DNA from: an uncultured Opitutales bacterium
GTDB lineage: Bacteria > Verrucomicrobiota > Verrucomicrobiia > Opitutales > Seribacteraceae
DNA: 64,000 nt
Assembly (NCBI GenBank): GCA_905612515.1
Contig: CAJQSI010000046.1
Coordinates: forward strand, 9,505 to 73,504
Direction: 5' to 3'
A program made the translations under genes and the position numbers. Each line of letters opens with the position of its first letter. The stretch's first letter is position 1. Positions 43,196 to 52,739 of this stretch are shown in pieces. The notes under the pieces are model-generated. The model worked only from the letters and a program-made list of their open reading frames with translations. It ran no database searches and was not told where the DNA came from.

Positions 43196-44656
43196 ATGAA
43201 GCCTTTCGCATTTCTCATTGCTTTGCTGTTTCTCTCAAACCTGTGGATGAAGTCCGCTCCGAAAATTTGGACGGATGTTCAAGGTCGACGAGTGACAGGA
43301 GATTTTGAAACCATACGCGGCGACATAATCGTACTGCGTGTAGGCACTCAGTCCTATGCGTTCCCAATATCTCGCCTTACTACGGCGGATCAACTTTTTG
43401 CACGAAACCTTGCTTCCAAAAATCCAAGTGAAAACCGAGACGGGAAAAGGCAAACTACGGACTGGCCTCACTGGAGAGGGACTCACGGAGATGGTGTTTC
43501 CCGCGAAATAGGCTTGCTCGCACAATGGCCTGAAAATGGACCGGATCTTCTCTGGAGCACCAATAATCTGGGTAAAGGCTACTCCAGCATCATTGTCGTA
43601 GGCGACCGAATCTTCACGCTCGGCGAAGCGGGCGGCGCCACATCACTGTACGCCCTTGACAGGGCAACTGGTAGAAAAACTTGGGAAAGTCCCATCCGTG
43701 GAGGTGGGGGCGTCAACGGGACACCGGCCTATGACAAAGAATTCAGCTTGGTTTATGGGCTAACTAAGAATGGCAACTTGATTGGTGTTCGCGCCTCGGA
43801 TGGAAAACTCGTTTGGCAAAAGAACTTCGAGCGGGACTTCGGCGGTAAAATGATGTCGGGTTGGGGATACTCGGAATCTCCACTTCTCGACGGTCCTTGG
43901 CTTATATGTAGCCCCGGGGCACCGAACGCCTCGATTGTGGCTTTGGACAAAAGAACCGGAAAAGAGATCTGGCGAACCCCCTTCCCTCGCGACATGGGGA
44001 AAAAAGGCAAAGACGGTGCTGGTTACGGTTCAGTATCCATCGTCGAAATTGGCGGTCAGAAGCAATATGTACAGATGACCGGTCGAGGCGTTCTGGCCAT
44101 TGACGCTGGTTCCGGTCGCCCCCTTTGGCATTACAATAAGATCGCAAACGGAACCGCAAACATCCCTTCGGTCATCGTGAATGACGACCACATCTTCGCC
44201 TCCACGGGTTACGGCGATGGTGGCAGCGCCCTACTGCGAATAACTACCTCAGGTGCTAGAGAGATCAAATACTATTCGGCCGGGGAGCTACAGAACCACC
44301 ACGGAGGAATGGTGCTGCTGGCCGGACATGTCTATGGCGGACATGGACACAACAGGGGAGAACCTTTTTGTCTCGATATGAAAACGGGGAGAATCACATG
44401 GAAGGTAAACGACAATAATATCCGCAAGATGGGATCGGCGGCCGTGACTTGCGCCGATGGACACCTTTACTTTCGCTACCAAAACGGCATGATGAAATTG
44501 GTTGAAGCCAACACACGAGGCTACATGGAGAAAGGGTCCTTCCAAATCCCAAATGACCGAAAAAATAGTTGGCAACATCCAGTCGTAGCGGGCGGAAAAC
44601 TCTACCTCCGAGCTCAAAACATCCTCTACTGCTACGACATAAAAAGTAAGGAATGA
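43196..44656 (+). CDS. SHD1-domain plus PQQ-like (BamB-type) beta-propeller repeat protein
   Basis: Signal peptide. IWTDVQGRRVTGDFETIRGDIIVLRV...FPISRLTTADQ matches the SLA1-homology-domain-1 pattern. Then WPHWRG... and repeated propeller blades. Confidence 0.75.
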   Translation: MKPFAFLIALLFLSNLWMKSAPKIWTDVQGRRVTGDFETIRGDIIVLRVGTQSYAFPISRLTTADQLFARNLASKNPSENRDGKRQTTDWPHWRGTHGDGVSREIGLLAQWPENGPDLLWSTNNLGKGYSSIIVVGDRIFTLGEAGGATSLYALDRATGRKTWESPIRGGGGVNGTPAYDKEFSLVYGLTKNGNLIGVRASDGKLVWQKNFERDFGGKMMSGWGYSESPLLDGPWLICSPGAPNASIVALDKRTGKEIWRTPFPRDMGKKGKDGAGYGSVSIVEIGGQKQYVQMTGRGVLAIDAGSGRPLWHYNKIANGTANIPSVIVNDDHIFASTGYGDGGSALLRITTSGAREIKYYSAGELQNHHGGMVLLAGHVYGGHGHNRGEPFCLDMKTGRITWKVNDNNIRKMGSAAVTCADGHLYFRYQNGMMKLVEANTRGYMEKGSFQIPNDRKNSWQHPVVAGGKLYLRAQNILYCYDIKSKE

Positions 44657-45354
44657 CGGAAAAGCAAGGATTCGGCGGTGCGACCAAGGCGGGAGAATCG
44701 ATACTTGGTCCGTTGGAAAAAAAGTTCGTGGCGAGATGGGTTAACCGCGTGCCCTTTTGGTTGGAAACTCACCATCTTACTTTACTCACAATTCCATGGA
44801 CCGGCCTAGTCATTGCATCCGCATGGCAAGTGCGGGAATCAGAAGACATCCTTTGGTTCTGGGGCGTGTCACTCGCCATCATTCTTCAATATCTCACCGA
44901 TCTCTTCGACGGAGCCGTTGGACGGTCTCGGAACACCGGACTAGTAAAATGGGGATTCTACATGGACCATTTTCTGGACTATGTTTTTCAATGCGGACTC
45001 ATCATAGGCTATGCCTTAATTGCCCCGCCTCAGCAAAACCTCGATTGGTGGTTCTTCGGCATTCTAGCCATTACTAGCGGCTACATGGTTAATTCCTTCC
45101 TCTGCTTCGCCGCCACCAACCAATTTGAAATTTACTTTTTCGGCATCGGCCCTACGGAAATACGCATCTATTTCCTCGCCCTCAACGGTGTCATCATCCT
45201 ACTCGATCCAACACGAGCGTACTTCGCTATCTACGTACCGATTTATACAGGTCTCCTTGCAGTGGGTCTCATTGTTCTTGTTTGGAAATCCCACACCAAA
45301 TTGTGGGCCATCGACATGAACGACAAAAGCAAATTCTCCGATTTAAAGAAGTGA
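44653..45354 (+). CDS. CDP-alcohol phosphatidyltransferase family membrane protein
   Basis: ATGA overlap with the previous gene. DLFDGAVGRSRNTGLVKWGFYMDHFLD approximates the DGx2(A/G)Rx8-9Gx3Dx3D motif. Multiple TMs. Confidence 0.75.
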   Translation: MTEKQGFGGATKAGESILGPLEKKFVARWVNRVPFWLETHHLTLLTIPWTGLVIASAWQVRESEDILWFWGVSLAIILQYLTDLFDGAVGRSRNTGLVKWGFYMDHFLDYVFQCGLIIGYALIAPPQQNLDWWFFGILAITSGYMVNSFLCFAATNQFEIYFFGIGPTEIRIYFLALNGVIILLDPTRAYFAIYVPIYTGLLAVGLIVLVWKSHTKLWAIDMNDKSKFSDLKK

Positions 45355-45451
45355 GACGCTTGTACTACGCGCGCCTCCGTCCTCTAGCCCGAAATGCTAA
45401 GTAAACTGGCTGCGAATTGAATCTGTAACGTTTCTTGTTGCCGTAAGTGCT

Positions 45452-45925
45452 TCAGGGACCACCCGACAGGCGGCGCTTCAAACCTTCGCTCAGTTCATAA
45501 ATTTCAGTTTCCAGAAGCGGTCCGCCGGACTGTTTCTTTTTCTTAGGCGGAAGTTTTCGGACGACAACGGCCTGTTCGCGCACCTCGTAGATATAGCCTG
45601 TGAGTTCGGTTATGAATCCGAGCAAGACGCCCAAAGTAAGGTTTCGAGTATTAAGGGTAACTGTCGGAGGAGGATTCTCCCGGGTAAGCAAAACAATATT
45701 TACACCTGCAAGTCGTGGATTGGCGGCAAATTGAGGGTCATACTTACGGGCAGCCGCACTTAGAAAGGTGAGAACTTCAGGCAAAGGGACTTCAACGAAT
45801 TTCACCTCTGGGATAACTATTGTTTTCAGCTGCTGAACAAGCTGATCGTGAGAACTTGGCTCAGATTTCCCGTGCAGGGCCGAAACTCCGAAAACAAAAG
45901 CCAAATAGATAATGACCGAGGTCAT
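45452..45925 (-). CDS. hypothetical secreted protein
   Basis: Start moved to ATG 45925 (MTSVIIYLAFVFGVSALHG signal). No family recognised. Confidence 0.5.
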   Translation of the reverse strand: MTSVIIYLAFVFGVSALHGKSEPSSHDQLVQQLKTIVIPEVKFVEVPLPEVLTFLSAAARKYDPQFAANPRLAGVNIVLLTRENPPPTVTLNTRNLTLGVLLGFITELTGYIYEVREQAVVVRKLPPKKKKQSGGPLLETEIYELSEGLKRRLSGGP

Positions 45926-45999
45926 CGACAAAGTTGACCTTGAATAACACATTAAAGATAGAATCGTTTCAGGTTAAGGGAAAGTCAAACTAGGCAGTT

Positions 46000-46842
46000 T
46001 CATTCATCCTCAGCATTAACAAGAAAATGCTCGCACACGAAAACATGGGAATGAAGTCGGCTGACCCAAGTCTTGCCCTCCTGCGTCATCCGTAGCAGGC
46101 GAACGGCATGCCCAAGATACTGATGAGCCACATTCCAAAAGAACTTCGCATAACCTCGTCGCAAATCTCCAGGGTTTTCGCAACCTAGTTGCCGGTTGGC
46201 TCCCAATTCCTCGAATTCGTAATAAAGGGCTGGTATCTTGCGTAGGTATTCGGGATCACCCAACTGGCCGATGAAATCAGCTGCACGGGCCAAACCCGGC
46301 AAATCGGCAGTGTTCTGGTAAACTTCTTTGTCGGGAACTGGAAAACGAGTACGCTCAATACAAGCAGATACAAGCTCGAGGTCCAAGAATTCATAAGATT
46401 TAAACCGTTCGCTCACAAAGATTTTTCCGCGACAAACATGATGCGGCGTAAGTATGGCGCAAGTGCCGGAATCAGGAAGTTGCAACAGATCGTCTTCTCC
46501 TACTTCAAAGTGATCTCCGTCGTCTCGCTCGCAGGCCCCTTTGACGTAACCGATATCGTGGCAAAGTAAGGCCAAGAGGTAATTGAGGGCATCCTCCGCG
46601 CTTACGCGTCCTTCGAAGAGGTGCTTGCCTCGGATGATTTCCAGACCCACCATCGTAACCATAATCGAATGATCGACGTTGTGGTAGAGCATATCACCGT
46701 TAGCGATGTTTTCAAGGGTGAGCGAGGACGCCAGACGAAGAAAATCCACGTATTCAGGACGCAGGGTGCCAAAGGTAGCCTCATACCCACTGACAAGATG
46801 CTCAGTGAAAGGTTCGATCTTGAGTGTTTGAAGATTGAGCAT
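46000..46842 (-). CDS. HD-domain metal-dependent phosphohydrolase
   Basis: H...HD pattern: YHNVDHSIMV and ALLCHDIGY. Confidence 0.75.
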   Translation of the reverse strand: MLNLQTLKIEPFTEHLVSGYEATFGTLRPEYVDFLRLASSLTLENIANGDMLYHNVDHSIMVTMVGLEIIRGKHLFEGRVSAEDALNYLLALLCHDIGYVKGACERDDGDHFEVGEDDLLQLPDSGTCAILTPHHVCRGKIFVSERFKSYEFLDLELVSACIERTRFPVPDKEVYQNTADLPGLARAADFIGQLGDPEYLRKIPALYYEFEELGANRQLGCENPGDLRRGYAKFFWNVAHQYLGHAVRLLRMTQEGKTWVSRLHSHVFVCEHFLVNAEDE

Positions 46843-46900
46843 GCGGATAGAGAACCGCCCAGTACCGACATGGGCAAGCGGGAAAAATCCGATTAAAGCT

Positions 46901-47839
46901 CTAATTCGTCTTTAAGCTCGAAAGAAATTCAACTAAATTAACCAGTTCTTTTTCCGACATCGCGAGATGCAATCCCTCTGGCATGAGAGAGGCTTTCATC
47001 TTTTCGCGTTTCGCTACATCCGACTTTTTCACCTTTTGAGTGACGCCACCAACCATGCGGATGGTAAGTTCTTCATCGCTTTCGGTCACGATACCAGCAA
47101 GTACTCCGCCCTGATTGGTTTGAACAATCCAACCTTCATAGTCGAAACTGACCCCTGCGTTTGGCTTAACGATGGCCAGATAAAGCTCGGTTTTTGGAAG
47201 CTTGCTACCGATTTCAGATAGGCCAGGTCCAAAATCTATGCCCGCATCTCCAGCCTTGTGGCATGCAAAGCACAATTTTCGAAAGACAGCCTTTCCAGAG
47301 ACGGGGTCACCTTTCCGCCTGGCCAGCAAAGCAATATCTTCGGGTGTTGCCAGTAGAGCCGGGGCCGCAGCAGCAACGGTTGAGGCTGGCTTGTTTGTCG
47401 CTCTATATTCCTCCAGCAGTTTCTTCGCTTCGGGAGTTTGAATGAAACCAACAAGCTTGGCGATGGCATCCGCCTTCCCCTTAGGCCCGGCAGCCAGTGC
47501 ATTGGCGATGCTCTGTTTCTTCTCCAAACGAAAAAGCAACTGCACCGCCTTGGCGGCATCCTCGGCGGAAGGGTCTTTTTGAACAAACTGAATCAATACC
47601 GAAGCCTCGGCTTTGACTGAAAATTGATCGACTAGTTCGAAGTAACCTTCTTTGCCGCGCAGAGAACGAGCATAGCGCTCTACGGCTCCCTTCCACTTTT
47701 CGTTACCCGAGACATCGAAACGCTCAAGGCGCGTGAGCGTCTCCACAATAAGACGATCCTTCGGCGAAGCCTCTTCCTCGGCAAAAGCAATGTTTACAAA
47801 AAGGACAAACAGTAAGTTAGCGAGGATGTTTTTCATCAT
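46901..47839 (-). CDS. secreted c-type cytochrome domain protein (Pirellula/Verrucomicrobium-type heme-binding domain)
   Basis: Own signal peptide. CFACH heme-attachment site followed by GPGLSEIG...L..SI..P-type pattern. Directly downstream of the dehydrogenase-like giant gene. Confidence 0.75.
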   Translation of the reverse strand: MMKNILANLLFVLFVNIAFAEEEASPKDRLIVETLTRLERFDVSGNEKWKGAVERYARSLRGKEGYFELVDQFSVKAEASVLIQFVQKDPSAEDAAKAVQLLFRLEKKQSIANALAAGPKGKADAIAKLVGFIQTPEAKKLLEEYRATNKPASTVAAAAPALLATPEDIALLARRKGDPVSGKAVFRKLCFACHKAGDAGIDFGPGLSEIGSKLPKTELYLAIVKPNAGVSFDYEGWIVQTNQGGVLAGIVTESDEELTIRMVGGVTQKVKKSDVAKREKMKASLMPEGLHLAMSEKELVNLVEFLSSLKTN

Positions 47840-47920
47840 CGAAGAGAATTAATTTACCTTAAAGAAAATGCACCGCCATGTCAGCGGGCCATTGTCGAAA
47901 ACAGCTGTTCCAAAAGAAGC

Positions 47921-50900
47921 TTAGATGTCCAAAAGTGCTTCCAACGCCTTGTCCTTTTCAGGACCTGAATGGAAATCCAATGCACGAACGTAACGTGGAT
48001 GGCTTGCGGCAGGAGTCTTCTCGTCTTTGAGAATCTTCGCCAAGTAACTTGGGGCGGCTTTTGAGCGCACTCGCCATATGATGTCCCGACCGGCAGAGGT
48101 GTTCCACTTGTCGCCCACCTTGGCGAGCCACGCGGAAAAGCACGCGTCGGCATTCAAGTCGGACGAAAGACCGAGAGCCTCGAGATACCAACGATCCTCG
48201 CCATCATGACGGCTTGCAAGCTCAGCCCAAAGCTTGGCTGCTTTATCCGTTTTTGTGTGGCGCAACGCAATGGCGCACTCGCGACGGACTTGAGCGGATT
48301 TGTCGCCAACTAAATTCTCGACCACCTTGAGTGCGTCCACGTCACTTAATTGTCGAGCCAGTCGGAGTCCTACGATGCGAATGTCGGAATCGCTGTCCTT
48401 AATCGCAAGGTCGACGTAATGCTGACCACGCCCCTTGGTCTTGCCAAGAAGCCAAAGTGCTCGAGCGCGATAGCGTGGATTGGAATCGGCAAAAAGCTTC
48501 TGAAGAGAGTTCTCGGCTTTTACGCCATGTTTGTGCAGGGCGTGCCAAGCGAGGTAGCGTGTCGCCTCGTTCGGGCTCTTGAGAGCGGCAATGGCACCAT
48601 CGACACTCGCAACATCGACTTTCGACGCTTGGTACTTGTGGCCTTCGGGAGCCACCAGAAAAAGTCGTCCGCGATCTAGATCTTGCATGTTGTGCCCTCC
48701 GACCCCGGGGTCATACCAATCGGCGGCAATCAATGAACCATCGGGTGCGGTGACCACATCAGATGGTCGGAACCATTTGTCGCGTTGGGCGCCATTGAGC
48801 ACATCCACGACTTCTGCGGAATAACCGGCGCCGTCCTTAGTCGCAGGGTATGCTCGCACAACACTGGGTCCGGCATCGCAATGTATGACTTGACCTTGAA
48901 AGACTTTGGGAAGGAGTGAGCCCTCGTATACGATAATACCAGTAGGTGAACCCGCACCTGTTTGGAGCAAGTTGGGCATAACGCCGGGATCGTTCAAGTG
49001 CCAGTGACGCAGAGGAACCTCCTTCTCGATGTTGGTACGCTTATCGCGCCAACCCCTACCGGTAAATTCCCCGCGATAACCGTAGTTTCCAAACTCCATC
49101 ACATAGTTGATGCGAACACCGCGGTTGCCGTCGTCATCGTTGTCGGACTGCCAGACGGAACCGAAGCTATCCACCGCAACTTCCCAGTTGTTGCGGAAGT
49201 TCCAGCCGAGAGTCTCGAAATCCGAACCATCCTCGTTGCAACGAAAAACCATGCCCTGCTGGTAAGGCTTGCGTTTGTCATTAACTTCGTTGCCTGCAAG
49301 ATCGATGATGGGTTTGCCGGCTTCGTTCTTAATCTGCCGACCGGCATTGCCGAAATTGAAGTAAAATTTGCCGTCAGGACCAAAGTGAACAGCGTGAATG
49401 CCATGATCGTGCTGAGTACCAGATATGCCAGTAAACAGGTTTTTCTTGGAATCGGGCTTGTCGTCACCGTCTTTGTCAGTGAAAACCACCATGCGATCAC
49501 CTACGGCAACGATTATCTTGTCGCCGAAAACACTAACGCCATGGGCTGAATCGATGTCACGGCCTTGATAAAAAGTCTTTACCTTGTCCGCCTTGTTGTC
49601 GCCGTCCGTGTCCTCGAGAATAAGGATGCGATCACCCTCGGCTCGCTTGTTTTTATGCCTGCGATAGTTAGTCACTTCGCAGACCCAGATGCGACCGCGG
49701 TGATCCACATCAATGGCGGATGGGCTCAATATCATAGGTTCGCTCGCGAAAAGGGTAGCTTTAACTTCTTCATGAACATAGAGGTTTTCAACTGCATGGG
49801 CGGGATCACCTTGATCGCCGACACGACCACCTGAACCTTTGGGGCCAGATACTGAAGCACCTGCAAAAGTGGGCTTTTGGGCAAATACTTGAAACTGCAC
49901 GCTCGCTTGATTCCCGCATGCCCCTTGATTGACACCGCCATCGTCCAAGGCTCCTTTGGCTAGAAATCGAGCAAACTGGTGGTTCCTCGGCAATTTGTAA
50001 CTAATTAACGAATCGGCATGGGTTCCTATGCCCTCCACCGATTTGCCGTCGACCTTCATGGCTCCGCCATTAGCATTTTGGTTAAGCTTAACGCTACCAT
50101 AACCGGAAGAAGAAGAATTCCATTTCATGGAGGTAAGTTTTGTCTCCTTGCCACTAGTATCTACAAGACGTGGGTTCACCCAATCCGCCCAGTCGCAAGC
50201 AAACCCGTTGCCGGCATCGCTTACAAATAAATGCAATTCCTTCGCACCCTTAAGATCTACGGAAATATCGACGGCATGACCGGAGGTATTCTTCGTTACC
50301 GCCTTACTGGTGAAAAGAGGTTTTGCCTTTCCCGAGGTCGGAGAAGTCTTTTTAGGCGACAAGGATGCGCCCTTGGGAGCTTTCCCGTTGAATTCCTTAA
50401 GCTTTCCCGAGATTTGTTCAGGAGCCCAACCGTGCGGGGAGTAGTCTTGGTTAGACTGAAGGTCGCCGACGCTAACTTCACCAGCTGAAACACCACTTTT
50501 GGCGATATCGACTTTGGCAATCCAAGCAATGGCATTGAGGGTGAGGCGACGGAAATTATCGGAACCCCAATTGACATGGTTGTGTCCACCGGTAAAGCCA
50601 AAGCCACGCCCATCACTATAGTCCTTGCCGCGTTGATAGGCCCACGCAACATGCTGAGCTTCCTTGCGCTTTAGAACTGCCTCTCGCACATGCGGGTTGC
50701 CACTGTGGGCACCGTCCCCGCGCTTGAGCGTGTCAGCGCTGGGCATGGCCGAAAGAATCGGCGTAACGCCTTTCATGTTTTCGCGAAAACGCATGTGGTA
50801 GTACCACTCGTCATTGATGGCGAAAGGCTTGACCCCGGAACTGATCGGGTGGTTAGGAAACAACTTGAAATCCGCCGTCCAGTGGGGGTTCACAGACCAG

Positions 50901-51319
50901 TGTGCCTCGAAGTAGCCTCCGATCCACTTCAGGAAGTGCTCGCCAGGAGGGCCTTTCGGCACCTCCACGCCATAGTGAAGGCAAGCCAACCCAACCCCAC
51001 GCTTCATCACCTTGTCGAACTCTTTCAAATGATTGTTCAATAAATGCCGCCCGCCGCCATCGCAGTAGACAACCACTGCTGCGGCATCATCAAAAACGCT
51101 AGGGTCTTTGGGGTAACCGTTGTCTGTCACCACAACCGACTTGAGGCCAATCTTGGCAGCGTCCAAATACTTGGCCAATAGTTTGGAGCCGGCAATATGT
51201 TCGTGAGAAAAGTAACCATGGCTCTTCGCGCCGGCCACGAACACTACCTTTTTGTCTTTGGCAAACGCTCCGAAAGCCATGCTTAGGGCGGCCGAAATCA
51301 ATATTGTTTTCTTTATCAT
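47921..51319 (-). CDS. multidomain secreted protein: ThuA-like + NPCBM-like + SGL/glucose-dehydrogenase-like beta-propeller + HEAT repeats
   Basis: 1132 aa. N-terminal ThuA-like segment (VVFVAGAKSHGYFSHEH...CDGGG), NPCBM-like DWADWVNPRL ... GIGTHADSLISYKL ... VQFQVF, a 'membrane-bound dehydrogenase' region (LFASEPMILSPSAIDVDHRGRIWV), and C-terminal HEAT-like repeats. Confidence 0.8.
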   Translation of the reverse strand: MIKKTILISAALSMAFGAFAKDKKVVFVAGAKSHGYFSHEHIAGSKLLAKYLDAAKIGLKSVVVTDNGYPKDPSVFDDAAAVVVYCDGGGRHLLNNHLKEFDKVMKRGVGLACLHYGVEVPKGPPGEHFLKWIGGYFEAHWSVNPHWTADFKLFPNHPISSGVKPFAINDEWYYHMRFRENMKGVTPILSAMPSADTLKRGDGAHSGNPHVREAVLKRKEAQHVAWAYQRGKDYSDGRGFGFTGGHNHVNWGSDNFRRLTLNAIAWIAKVDIAKSGVSAGEVSVGDLQSNQDYSPHGWAPEQISGKLKEFNGKAPKGASLSPKKTSPTSGKAKPLFTSKAVTKNTSGHAVDISVDLKGAKELHLFVSDAGNGFACDWADWVNPRLVDTSGKETKLTSMKWNSSSSGYGSVKLNQNANGGAMKVDGKSVEGIGTHADSLISYKLPRNHQFARFLAKGALDDGGVNQGACGNQASVQFQVFAQKPTFAGASVSGPKGSGGRVGDQGDPAHAVENLYVHEEVKATLFASEPMILSPSAIDVDHRGRIWVCEVTNYRRHKNKRAEGDRILILEDTDGDNKADKVKTFYQGRDIDSAHGVSVFGDKIIVAVGDRMVVFTDKDGDDKPDSKKNLFTGISGTQHDHGIHAVHFGPDGKFYFNFGNAGRQIKNEAGKPIIDLAGNEVNDKRKPYQQGMVFRCNEDGSDFETLGWNFRNNWEVAVDSFGSVWQSDNDDDGNRGVRINYVMEFGNYGYRGEFTGRGWRDKRTNIEKEVPLRHWHLNDPGVMPNLLQTGAGSPTGIIVYEGSLLPKVFQGQVIHCDAGPSVVRAYPATKDGAGYSAEVVDVLNGAQRDKWFRPSDVVTAPDGSLIAADWYDPGVGGHNMQDLDRGRLFLVAPEGHKYQASKVDVASVDGAIAALKSPNEATRYLAWHALHKHGVKAENSLQKLFADSNPRYRARALWLLGKTKGRGQHYVDLAIKDSDSDIRIVGLRLARQLSDVDALKVVENLVGDKSAQVRRECAIALRHTKTDKAAKLWAELASRHDGEDRWYLEALGLSSDLNADACFSAWLAKVGDKWNTSAGRDIIWRVRSKAAPSYLAKILKDEKTPAASHPRYVRALDFHSGPEKDKALEALLDI

Positions 51320-51571
51320 AAGTGTACCGATAGGTTGTGCGGGGAAGAAAGGTTGGGAATAAGGATTTCCCTAAAGGATGGGAAAGGAATGAAAACTAGG
51401 TAGGACTAGCAAACCATTGCAAACGAAAAGTCTAGTTTTGGGTGATTCTGTCTTTGGATTGCACTGTCACATCTTGCTCCCTACCTTGTTGATTCCTATC
51501 CACAAAAACTTTGGAAGAACTATTCATCGACCTGATAATTTTAACGCGTAGATCGTGGTCCGCAGACAATA

Positions 51572-52648
51572 ATGAGCAAGATCTGGAAAGTAGCGGGGAT
51601 AAACTTCGACCACATGCACATGGGAGACCTTTTGCGGATGGTCCAAGAGCATCCCAGCGCTGAAATCGTGGGCATTTGCGATGAGCAAGAGTCCCGAATG
51701 CAAGCCAGCGCCGACAATTTTGGCATTCCCACGGAACATATTTTCACTGACCACAGAGCTTGTCTTGAAAAAACCCAGCCAGATTTCGTAATCCTCTGTC
51801 CCGCCACCGCCGAGCATGGCGATTGGACGGAAAAGGTAGCCCCATACGATGTGGATGTGCTAGTCGAAAAACCTTTCGCCGCCTCTCTCGCGGAAGCGGA
51901 CCGGATGATTGCAGCAGTCGAGATGGCGGGTAAGAAACTCGCCATCAACTGGCCCATGCGGTGGGACCCCTCCCATGTAACCGCTCATCGCCTACTCAAC
52001 GAGGGAAGGATAGGGAAATTGACCGAAGTGCATTACTACGATGGCAACCGTGGACCTCTATACCACTTGGCGGATAAAGTGGAAGTCAGTCCAACGCAGA
52101 AAGAAAAAGAGGATAGCTGGTTTTATCAAAAGGATCGCGGAGGAGGCTCGCTCCTTGATTATTTGGGCTACGGCGTGACCCTCGGCACTTGGCACCACGG
52201 CGACGACAAGCCCTTGGAGGTAACCTCCGTGACCGATCTGCCCAACGGACTCGAGGTGGACGAGCACAGCATGACTATCGTTCGTTACGACGTGGGTCTC
52301 TCCAAATACGAAACCCGCTGGGGAACCTTCACCGACCCATGGATTCATCAACCTCAACCCAAGTGCGGCTTTGTCTTGAAAGGAACCAAAGGCACCATTT
52401 CCAGTTACGACAAGGAATCCACAATCCGCGCTCAAACCGAGGATTGTCCGGAAGGGCAAGACCTCCCGACCGACGACTTGTCGAAAACCTTTGAGAATCC
52501 CGTACAATATTTCACCCACTGCCTAGCTAACGATGTTCCCGTTGAAGGTCCACTGAACCCTGCAGTTTGCCGAATCGGCCAACGCCTCGTCGATGCAGCG
52601 CAGCAATCAGCCAAAGAAAAACGCACCATCACCTTGCCGGACGAGTGA
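51572..52648 (+). CDS. Gfo/Idh/MocA family oxidoreductase
   Basis: 358 aa, EKP motif (LVEKPFA), typical fold pattern. Confidence 0.85.
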   Translation: MSKIWKVAGINFDHMHMGDLLRMVQEHPSAEIVGICDEQESRMQASADNFGIPTEHIFTDHRACLEKTQPDFVILCPATAEHGDWTEKVAPYDVDVLVEKPFAASLAEADRMIAAVEMAGKKLAINWPMRWDPSHVTAHRLLNEGRIGKLTEVHYYDGNRGPLYHLADKVEVSPTQKEKEDSWFYQKDRGGGSLLDYLGYGVTLGTWHHGDDKPLEVTSVTDLPNGLEVDEHSMTIVRYDVGLSKYETRWGTFTDPWIHQPQPKCGFVLKGTKGTISSYDKESTIRAQTEDCPEGQDLPTDDLSKTFENPVQYFTHCLANDVPVEGPLNPAVCRIGQRLVDAAQQSAKEKRTITLPDE

Positions 52649-52739
52649 ATCCCAAGAACATACAAAGGCTCGACGTAGTGATTGAATAACTGCAACAATC
52701 CATCTCTATAAGAATCAGTTTGCTAACCGTCCTCCTCCC

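Noticed and set aside
46901-51319. The two ORFs as one frameshifted pseudogene
   Set aside because: The downstream ORF has its own ATG and a convincing signal peptide, and an 81-nt non-coding gap separates them. I treat them as two genes but flag this for checking.
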